A stretch of DNA of 64,000 bases, taken from the NCBI GenBank assembly GCA_051362555.1, contig CM120648.1, positions 6,010,587 to 6,074,586 on the forward strand, given 5' to 3'. This DNA is from Lingula anatina (taxonomy: Eukaryota > Animalia > Brachiopoda). The notes beneath the pieces were generated by a model. The model did not search any database. It saw nothing but the letters and a program-made list of their open reading frames with translations, and had not been told where the DNA came from. A program made the translations under genes and the position numbers. The first letter of the stretch is position 1. Each line of letters starts with the position of its first letter. This document shows positions 53,501 to 64,000 of the stretch, in pieces.

Positions 53501-53895
53501 AGCTGCCATCCTCTTGGGATATATGACTTAAATTGAACACCTCTCAGATGTTCAAGGTGTTCCCTATTTTTTCTTTCTTTTTTCTTTCTTTTTTTTTTTT
53601 TTTTCTGCACAGTTCCTCATATTGTACATTTAAGATGCACACACAACATATATATTTGATTAATAGAAGTTTGATATATTTTATACCAGATCTTACACTG
53701 TATTAGTACTATAGTACTATATCAGTAAAGGTTGAGGTCTCTGATTAAAGTCTGTTAATTAACAGGTTTCAGGCCAGTTTCTCTTTACTAGAAACTTAGT
53801 GAACACCCCATTAACACCAGTCATTTCTTAACGAAGCTTTGTAAAACTGTGTCCAGAAGAGGTGGAGTGATAATATAATTTTCCAGAAAGGCTGA

Positions 53896-54200
53896 CTGAA
53901 ATATTAACAATTTAAGTCTGTAATTAGTACGTAGGTTAGTTATCCGGTTGTATTTTGCAGATCTGAAAGTAGGCAATTAAGACAGTGACCATTGTTTAGC
54001 ATATGTATAGGGGTTATTTGTATATCAGATCATTTTTCACGAATTCCTTAGTGGACATTTATTTGATTGATGATTAAAACTATTTTCTGAAATATTAACA
54101 GTAATCATTTTTAATTTCTATGTAACTTAATTAGCCTGTTGTATTTTGAAGATCTGAAAGTAGGCAATTAAGAAAGTGCACCACATTAAGCAAGAATAAA
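53896..54200. repeat. Local diverged tandem duplication, ~190-bp period
   Basis: ctgaaatattaaca and gttgtattttg.agatctgaaagtaggcaattaaga.agtg each occur twice. Confidence 0.8.
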
Positions 54201-56929
54201 GCTTAAATGTTTATATACATTTTTTACTAATTCCTAAATCAACATTAATATGATTTTTTTTATTAATTACACAAGTTTCTTATTAGTGTCTGTATATTTG
54301 CCAGTTTTGCTGTTTAGTCTTATATAAGTGTCTGTCCACTGCCATTTTTTCATGAATGAATAAATCATCTGAGTGAATAATAATGAAGCTTGACAACTTC
54401 ATTATAATGAATCATTGAATAAAATTTCACATTTTAGTTGAATAAAGATAAATAAGATAATTTTATGTACACACCAGGACTGATTCGTAGGATTAATATA
54501 CAGATCAATTATGATGATTGGTTTAGTTTTGATAAAGTTACGGTAATTCTTCTATGATCTTTGAGATGACACGATTTTTTGGATATTTTTAATTTCCCCG
54601 CAAATGGATTTTTTTCCAATTCATAAGATTCGATTCATTACAACTGCACTATTATAATTTTAAAAAAATTGATATTTAGTATGGATTGAAGAAAACCCTA
54701 TTTTGGGCACTGGTGTCATAATGATGATTAAAGGAAAACCATGTTACTTATGATTCTCAAACTAAAAAGATTTGTAAGACTGAACTGCAGCTTGAATAGG
54801 AAAATCAGTCTGATTGCTTTTTCTTGCAGAAGCAATGCAGATTTTGTGAAATTTTCATTTTTTCGCATATTTGCATTTTCAATATGGGCCTTAGAACTCC
54901 CACGGGCATAAAGCAGAATGGTAATCATATTTTCTAAATGTCCATGTTATGTATAGAAGATAAATAATAATTGTTGGTAATTATGCTGTTAATTATTATG
55001 TACCAGTAATATTGCATCATGATTGACTAAAACTACTTTGTGCACTGCCGTCACAAATGTTATGAAAAGAAAACTGTCTTACTTATTATTTTGTTATCGA
55101 TTCTTAGGATTGAAATACAGCTCAAATTGGAAAACCACCTAAATGGATTATCATTTTTTCTTGAATTAATTTTTTTCTCATTCTGGCATTTTTATAGTGT
55201 GAACTTGAATTCTCATGGGCCTGAAGCCTTTTGCTAGTTACACATTTTACTTATATATCCGCTTTACCTGTTTTACATAATTCAAAATTTGGTGTTGACT
55301 TTGCAGTTAAGCATAACGTATTGACACAAGTTTATTTTATGCATCATTTTCTGCTTTTTTTTTTTTTTTTTTTTTGTACATTTGACAGCTTTTCTGCCTT
55401 GTTTAATGATTAAGATATGCTAAAAATGCTAAGTTTAAACATTCTTTGTTGTTGTTTGTTTAAACATATGAAAACTTTGCAAAGATAACATGCATAGAAT
55501 TAATACAGGTACTTATACAAGGGTAATTTGATACGTGATTATCTTTTGTACAGTAAAGTCATTAGGTCGTCATAAACTTCCTTAAAGGTAAAGATATTTC
55601 AAAGAACTATGATAATTAAAACAATTAGATGAGCTGCCATCCTTAGTTTTGGTTGAGAAGGACCTTACTGTGGCAGTTAATGACTCCAATTAATGTTTTT
55701 GAGAATCTCAGGACTCTCGAGTGCACATTCACACCATTCTTATTAGATTTTATCTGAATCAATCCATTGGTTTTTTTCTGGTTCTTGCTGGGATGACTTG
55801 CTGCATGTTCACTGGCTTACTTGCAAGCAACAGTACTTTGCAGAACTCAGTTTTATGTGCAGTGATCTGAATACTCAAAGTTTGAATGCGCACTGGTTGT
55901 TTTGTAACGTGGGGATGTGACAACGGTGGACTGCGTATGTAACTTCCCGTTGGCACGCAATGGTTTGTGCCAAGATCTCCGTGTTAATTAATGGTGTGAA
56001 TCTAAAAACCACACGGGGTGCGGTAGTCAGTGAAGAAGCAGCATTTACCAGGTACTGTATTAGTTTTTTCTTTTCAGGTTGAATCTGGCAACCATTTTAG
56101 TTTTAAAAAAATAGTGTTTTGATTAACTTAAAACTTCATTGGTTGATGGTATCTCACGGGAGCCTTTTTTAAGATTATGTGCGAAGAAAATTCAAAGTAT
56201 TTATTCTGGATGACTTAAGTTCAAAGCTTAGTTGATGAATCATGAGTAAAAAACAGTTTTCAAATATGCCTTACTGTTTTGGCAGATTTGTTCATTATTA
56301 TTATTTTAATTATTAATATTAATTATTTGGATTATCATACCAACTTGGTTTGAGAATAAGAGAAACTGGTTGTTCAATTTTAGAAAAAGCTCTCTCTCCC
56401 TCTTGAGGATCTCTCTGTATTTCTCTCTCTCTCTCTCTTTCATGCATGCAAGCACACACGCTTACAAGTATACAGACATTTACAGAGGTGACTGAACAGT
56501 ATGAACCTGCAGCTATTTTCAACTCTTAAAATTTTCACTAGCAGAGTAAATGATGAAATCAACATGATGCATTTTTTTTCGGATAAAAAAGACGCTCCTA
56601 TGGGCCATGGTAAGACCAGTCAACCTAGTGACAGTGTTATCTTTCAGCCCCAGTGACCAGTTTGCCCTTCTCAGTTCCGCCTCACAGATTAGATCACTCA
56701 CAGCGCCACTGAAAGGTTGAGGACAAACTGGAGCTTTTATCAGCCATGTCATAAACGGTGCTGTTATCGAGGGCCCGGTCTTTAGCTTGTATCTGTACGC
56801 TTGGATTCATCTGAACTGAATTTGAGAACGAACATTACCTAATGGTGTATTCAAACTGAGAGATAAATCTGCCTCTCTCTTTTTTTAATCACTCTTCTCT
56901 CTCTTTTTTCACTCTATCTCTCTTTCTCT

Positions 56930-56930
56930 C

Positions 56931-56977
<47 letters not shown>

Positions 56978-56997
56978 CCTCCCCCCCCCCCCCCCCC
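56930..56997. repeat. (CT)n microsatellite plus poly-C
   Basis: Seen directly. Confidence 0.9.
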
Positions 56998-58387
56998 GAT
57001 ATCACTTAATGAGCTTGCTGAGCTGAAATTTGGTCTTTAGTTTAAGACTGAAAATATAAGCGTATTTTGATCTAGCTAGGGTAAATCTCCAGTAATTTAA
57101 CTAGGGGTTGTTCCCACTGAAGCAATTGTTCTATGTAGCTAGACCAATCCAGCTCCATGGGGACTGTCACTTAATCTATCAGATTAACAGGTTAACAGAG
57201 ATTAACACACCTCCTCTTGGAGTTGAGTTGATTATAGAAAAACTGGTGATTATAGGAGTACATTGGACACACTTGGATTCTGTAAAAGTCTGTTATTTTA
57301 TTTATAATTGAAGTTCATAAATAACTCAGTAAAAACATTCTAGAGCCAGGAAGCAAGTTTATAAATTCTTTTCTGGCTCAGGGCATCAGATTGTAATCAA
57401 GCTATTGGATAAATAACAGCATGTCATTCATTTACTGTAAAGGTCATTCAGTGGTCATTAGTGATATCAGCATGCTTGGATACATCTGAAGTACTTCGGG
57501 GACTTTTGAATGTACTGGAAACCATTTATAAAACAAAAGGCGCTAATAACTTTTACAGGATATCTTTACAGACAAAGTTGGTCAAAAAGTATTCAGAATG
57601 TGTGGGAAGTTTGTATTTTCTACATCTACGTATCCTGCAAAGCTACTTTTTTATTTTATCTTTCCTAATTCAGACATTAAAAAATGAAAAATAAACCCTC
57701 GATTGAAGATATTTCCTTTTGAAGAAGACACTGAGTCTCAAATGCCAGATATTAAGAACTAAAGTATTTAATAAGAAATGGTGAAAAATATTGAATCCAA
57801 GTGCAGAAATGTAAATTGTATTTTCCTTGAGGAAAATTTCATTTGGCGTGAAAATCTCAGATAGAAAACCTTTTGGACAAGATGCTGTAGTCTACTTTTG
57901 TCCAAGTTAAATCAATTTTTGAAATGGAACAGGACAGGACAATTGTTTTAATAATCTGAAGGGAATAAAGCTAGTTTTTCTCTTCATAAATGAAAATTTT
58001 GTATTTAATGTAGTTATGATTCAGAATCTAAATAAAAAAAGGCAAAAATGACAATTTATGTTTAAGACTTGTGTTCACTTTATTTCGGTGGGCTTCTCTG
58101 GATTTATACCACAACTGAAAAAGATTGAAACTATCAGTATTTTAAAAAGTTAGGATCATCTTGTTCTACCACAGTAGTGTACATGTTTCCTTGTTTGTAC
58201 AGAACATGTCTTATATTTAATTCTCTATTTGCCATTTATTTATTTATTCTTTTTTGCAGTGCCTGAAGTCCTGCTAGTCTGATGTTTCTGATGAATTTTT
58301 GACATATCTCCGATTGCTGTGGTCAGAAGTTTGATCAAAATAAGGTGGGTAAATGGTCTGGATTGGCATTTTTCTTATCTCCTTTAT

Positions 58388-58939
58388 CAGGCTTACCCAA
58401 CTACCAGACTCGGCACCTAAGGATCCTGAATTAACCGGTATATCGGACCACACTACCCGTTTTCAAGGTGTGTGTCAGATCGCATTTCGGAGTATCAGCC
58501 AGAACACCGACAGGATGAGCCCTGGCATGTTCGGCTGTCACCTTGATTGGATAGTAAACGATTGTCGTAAAATCGCTATATGATTTTAAAACCGGGTGCA
58601 TAAATTTGAAAGCCACCTAGATGAACCTTAGACTGCCACATTAATCTAATACAATGCAAAAAAAGCCCTATCAAAAGTGGTTAAAACATTCAAACCGAAT
58701 GTCGTAAAGTCCCCATATATCCCCATAGAGACAATGAAATAGAGTACTCTAAAGTAAGAGTACAGTTTAAGGTTGTTCAGCCGAGCGTGGATGAGCCCGC
58801 AGTTGTGCTACAAAATTTGTTCTGGGGTATGATACTCCGAAATGCGATCTGACACACACCTTAAAAACGGGTAGCGTGGTCCGATATACCGGTTAATTCA
58901 GGATCCTTAGGTGCCGAATCTGGTAGTTGGGTAGGCCTG
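58388..58939. mobile_element. 552-bp MITE with ~120-bp TIRs and 5-bp TSD (TTTAT)
   Basis: tttat|caggcttacccaactaccagactcggcacctaaggatcctgaattaaccggtatatcggaccac... matches the inverse ...gtggtccgatataccggttaattcaggatccttaggtgccgaatctggtagttgggtaggcctg|tttat. Confidence 0.92.
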
Positions 58940-60282
58940 TTTATGGTGGATAAAATGACGTGGGGAAATTTGGTGATCACAGCATTTATTACAGCACTAC
59001 ATATACACATTAGGCTAATAGTCAGCAATTTCAAATGGGGGGGGGGGATTAAAGATCTTTTTTTCTGGAAAGGTGAACCTTTTTACCTTTTTAAAAAAAG
59101 CAGACAAGCCAAGCAGGATTTGTGAGCAGGAGAAAATCTAGATCTAATTACGATTCAGAGTGGATATTTTACGGCCAAATAGACAACTCTTTCGAACTTC
59201 TACAGAACCCCAGGCTACAGGCCAGTTCATGGTCTTCTTGAAACTCTAACGCTCATTAGTTCTGCATTGTTTTTCAGTGCTGGCAGTTTCACTAAATGGC
59301 TTTGTTAGCAGATTGCAGTCATTATCAGGTTTTCCTAGTTACCTCGGCGTACATATACATGGACTGTCATTCATAAACTTCCTAATTATGTGCAGTTTTA
59401 AGTTGACTAATTACGCAGTACCTTTTTGTGGACAAATATGGCCCATTGCCAAAAGATGCTTGGGCGTATACCTGCCACTTTTCTATGTCATATTTCCCCT
59501 CCTCTCTGAATCTTTCATAATGCATGGTGTACATGGTTAAGCTTCAACTAGTATTATTTATATGTAATATAAAGTTATTTTTCATACATAAACGCTTTGG
59601 TAAAACTGTCCCTTAAGTGGACCAAACTCCATCAAGATCATTGCAGATAAATTCTGTTTCTCTCGGATCGTGATTTTGGTGGAACTTGTTTTTCCACCTT
59701 GTTCGAATAATTATTACTGTCATTGTGACAGGCGTTAATAAGAACTAATTAAAATTAGTACCTACAGGCCCCCCTGCAGTATATACAGAAATGGTGTACA
59801 CAAGTCACCGCTTTGATTAATTGTGCTCACATCCAATCGCAGTGTGCAGAAAAACAACGCAAGTTTGCATCAGTTGAGCTGATTTAGATACGTAAATTGC
59901 AGAAAATCTTACAAGATTTACTTCTCAGAGCATTTGAACGACTGGTCACAGTATGTAATTGGATTAAAATGAATTTATCCCTTTTTGAAGAAGAAAAAAG
60001 AAATTGCCTGTGAAACTACTTGATTAATTCCTGCTCCTTTCCTGACCTCCAGCGAGTTTCTCTACCAGTTTATCAACAGTAACATGTGCTCACTCTAGTG
60101 TAACCAAGGGGGGAAAACTGGATTGTTTGTTCATATGGTTTATGTTTACTCAAATCTTTATTTTGGGAACTGGTATCGCTCTTGATGAGGATGCATTGCC
60201 ACCATTTTTTTATCGTCCAGACATCAGGGCCCTGTATATCATGAAACAGGACATGAATCTGGATTTACAAAGTTAAAACTTG

Positions 60283-60285
<3 letters not shown>

Positions 60286-60350
<65 letters not shown>
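60286..60350. repeat. (TA)n microsatellite
   Basis: Seen directly. Confidence 0.95.
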
Positions 60351-60359
<9 letters not shown>

Positions 60360-63300
60360 TTTTAATTATTTTTGTGACTTTTTGAAGATATTGCTAATCT
60401 GAAGTTGGGGGGCCTACCTTGATGAATGGTTTGTACATGTTAATTTCTCATTAAGTTTAAAAAGAATTTATTTATTGTATTTATTAATTTGTTTTGTTTA
60501 TAAGTCCAAAATAATTTGATCAAGAATTATAATTGACGTTCATAAATGAAGTTCAAGTCAAGTTTTCATTGTTGGTAGTAACATACAATAAGTTATGAAT
60601 CCTGGGAAAGTGAATGTTTGAAACAAGCAAGCGTTCCCGATTGTTTTATTATCGCAGTTCCTTCACACTTGCCTGGAGGTGATAATCAAACGTCCTACAC
60701 AGGATTGGTTAAAATCACATTGGGTCAAAGATCAAAGGAAAAGGAACTGGAAAAAAATGTGCTTTTTAAATGGAGTGATTGTATGTAGCTGATGTCATAG
60801 AATGGTAGATAGGTGACGATCACACAGCATTACTGATGAAAGGGTGGAAATTGGAAAAATTTCCATCTTTTAAGTGGAAGATTTTGTGATGTTAGTGTTA
60901 CGTAATAGAAGGTATTTAGATTTTATTTTTGCTGTCAGTGTTTTTAATGAGTTATAAGGCATTAATATAGTTTGGTTTCATACACAAAGGCTTAATGAAG
61001 TGAGGTAGAACCATTACATTTCCCTGTCTGAGTTAGGCAGTATGATGCAATAGTAATGAGTTTTTGAATCTCCTTTTTCTGAAATTGATAAATGGTTAAC
61101 CATAAATCTAAATAAAGCTCACAGATGAGTTTTATCGTCAGAGCTTTTAACAGAAGTTTTTGAGGCTGACAAGCCATTTAGAGGAGAGCTTCAATATATT
61201 GCAAAGGGTGGTAAGGTTAGGTGAACGGTGCATGACGCCATTTATTTAATTTTCCATCAATATTTACAGTGCACAAATGATAATGTAACTAAGTGGTAGA
61301 TACGACTGATAACTAAGATAGAATAATGGGTGCACCTTAACTATCAGAAAATAAATCTTGAAGGGTTGGTTAGGTTAGGAACATACAAATTAGATTTGGG
61401 AGATTTGAGGGGTGTAAAAAATGGGGGGAGGGGGTATAGGAGTTCGGAAACTTTATGATATGACCACATCTAAAATATTATTGTATTCGAATTTCTATCC
61501 AAAGACAGTACTATTACACTGCATGAAAGATAATGACAATAATAATTATTGTTTTTTAGAACCATGCCACACATCCATCTCAGGACTGTTTAGAAGTATT
61601 AATATATCCAAAACCAAAAGTCATTAGATTTAGTAAGATTTATTAAATATTGATGAAGGAATAAAAGCTTAAATAAACATAAAATTAACCATATGACTCC
61701 TTTAATAAAAAAACCTTTTAATCTCTCTTAATGCTATCATAATGTCAGTGTAATTTGATAATAGAGTAACCACATTTTATCAGTGCATATGAATCAATAG
61801 ACCCCCCCCCCCCAATCCTCCAAATCCTCTCATGCAAGTTTCTAACCCTACCACATCCAAAGTGTCGCTATAACTGTGTCAAGAGGCTAATATGATAAAA
61901 CTCTCCTGTCACTTTCTCCGTCCCTGTCATGCTCGCAAGTACCCAAGCATGAGTATGCACACATGCACAAAATCAACCTCTCTTCTGCATTTTTTTTTCT
62001 ATTTTCAGTGCCGTTCCACCTCTGCAGTTATAGTCTAAATTTGAAAAGCTGACCCTGGTTCCCTTATTTCTTCTCAGTTCCCACCTTCCATCTCTACCCA
62101 TTGGTAAAGTGGATGTAGTCATATCAGTTGCACCTTAAGAGTCCTTTCCTGCTGCAGCTATAACCTGCTTACCCATTTCTCCCCCCCCCCCTCCCCCCCC
62201 CCCCCGCCCCAATCTCTATCCATTGACACCATCTTCATCTGCGTGTCGTAAAAGAAATTACTGATTTTTCATCATATAACCCTGAGTTTTCAGGGATATA
62301 CCAGAAATAACTTGGGCATGCTGAAGGTACGGGTGGTTTATTTATTCCTAGAAATCCCTGAGCTTCATGGTGATTGTCACTGGTGTTCAATGAAAATTTT
62401 TTCAGAGTGGGTTCAGTATTTTTTGTTTGTTCTTTGAGTTCTATTTCAGAGTTAATAAACCAGGCTTTATATCACGGATTTCAGGGTGCTTCTTGTTCCA
62501 GCCATGTGTTTGGCATATCTTCATTTGGTAATGATCTTTCATAACTCAAGCTTATCACTTTTGAGTTTAAGGAAGCATTTCTTTCCTATTATCAGGTATA
62601 TCCTTCTTTCTTTAATGGTATCTCATTATTCAAACTGTATCACCCTGATTTTCAAAGGATAGAATATTTCTATTATCAATCAATCATCAAGCAACCAATC
62701 AATCAACCGATTGGTCAATCAATCAGTCAGTTTCACACCCTGAGCCAGAGTGTTTTATTCATATTTTCTGCTCATATGTTCATATTTGCTCATTCATCTT
62801 TCTTACCTTGATAATCAGGGTTTGGAGTTTTATGTTAGACATGTCTTTATTTTTAATATGATATTTTAAATCATCCCCCCCCCCCCCCCCACACACACAC
62901 ACACACTCTATGTAAGCTCAGGGTGTGGGATTCTTTGTTATCTTGAACAATCCTCTTTTGGTTTTGACATCATTATTTAGTCCAAGATCTATTGCGTTTG
63001 TTCAGGTAAAATTTGAAAATTTTAACTCCATTATGATTTTTTTCCTTCACGTCTTGCACTTTTGCCAATACTTTTAATGATCTGCTCACACCCCTCCCCG
63101 AAAAAAAAAAAAAAAAAAAAAGAATTTTCCCATGTATGGATCAATGTAGAGGATGTACAGTAATATTATGACTCAATCTTTTCAATGGAGAAAAATCATC
63201 AATCTTTTAGATGCATAATTTTAGAATCATAAAAATAACATTTCTGTATAGCATTTGAGGTGCTTTTACTGCAAAAAATAAAAGTATTTGATAGCTTGCT

Positions 63301-64000
63301 TTTCAGTTTTGTTGCTACCACTCAATAGGAATGTTCCAGTTTTTTGAAATTATGACCTAAAAATACAGTATCTGTAAAATTCACAATTTCCCCACCATTT
63401 GAAAGGATTCTGATGTTGGCTCACAACACTATCTTAACATTTACATATACCCATAATCAGTTCCACTCCTTCAAAAATCGCTCACACCCACAGCCACATC
63501 ATGTACAGTAACAGTATAAATCTATAAAGTAGAAGAAGTCCCCATAGATATTCCTCTCCAAATCAACCAACCCTACCACCCTCAAAACCCAATGGACTTT
63601 CCCAGTCATGGCCCATTGCAGACGGCATACCATGGTCGCCTATCACTTACCTATCACCAGTTCACCATGACTGGTTGATAAGGGACCAACCAATGAGAGC
63701 AACAGGGCCAAATCTTTACTGAAATTGCCTTCATAAATCTTAGTAATCCGCCATTATAACCCAGTGATTTATGGTTGCAGTTTATTAGCTCAGCAATGAA
63801 GTGAGGCGAAGACTCTCCAGGCGGAGAGGAGAAGGATCGAGGACTCTTTTCAACGACCAAGCTTAGGTGCTTTCCCTGTCTTTCAGTTCCGACTCTGGTG
63901 TTGGATTTTGTTGACACGTTTGCAGGTACTAGTATAATTACCTAAGGCAGTGTATTTTCTGGTTATCTATGTTTGGTCGATTGTCTTGTAGCCACAAAGG

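Noticed and set aside
63654-63917. 87-aa minus-strand ORF next to a gtaagt donor
   Set aside because: It starts at a non-ATG codon, has no recognisable homology, and no downstream partner exons were found; the region looks regulatory.

Overview
AT-rich, intron-rich animal genomic DNA. The repeat types and intronless TRIM-NHL genes suggest a marine invertebrate, possibly lophotrochozoan (inference). From left to right the window holds: (1) two tandem Ly6/uPAR (three-finger, quiver/sleepless-like) GPI-anchored protein genes on +. (2) A 27-exon, ~1766-aa gene on - (28381->3578), spliced by hand with consistent GT-AG phases. It encodes an unusual MUS81-family nuclease: ubiquitin-like domain, B-box, MUS81-type winged helix, ERCC4 domain with intact catalytic motifs, a second EME1-like pseudo-nuclease segment, 6 UIM and 4 MIU-like ubiquitin-binding motifs, SIM-like motif, zinc knuckle and coiled coil. 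(3) Two intronless TRIM-NHL paralogs nested antisense in one intron of that gene. (4) An 8-exon TK2/dNK-type deoxynucleoside kinase gene, head-to-head with the nuclease gene across a short CCAAT/E2F-like promoter. (5) About 31 kb with no recognisable coding sequence, containing MITEs, simple repeats, regulatory-looking islands and an unexplained five-copy motif. The best candidate for a new system is the apparent single-chain MUS81-EME1-like, ubiquitin-reading nuclease. All domain calls are by eye, not from database searches.
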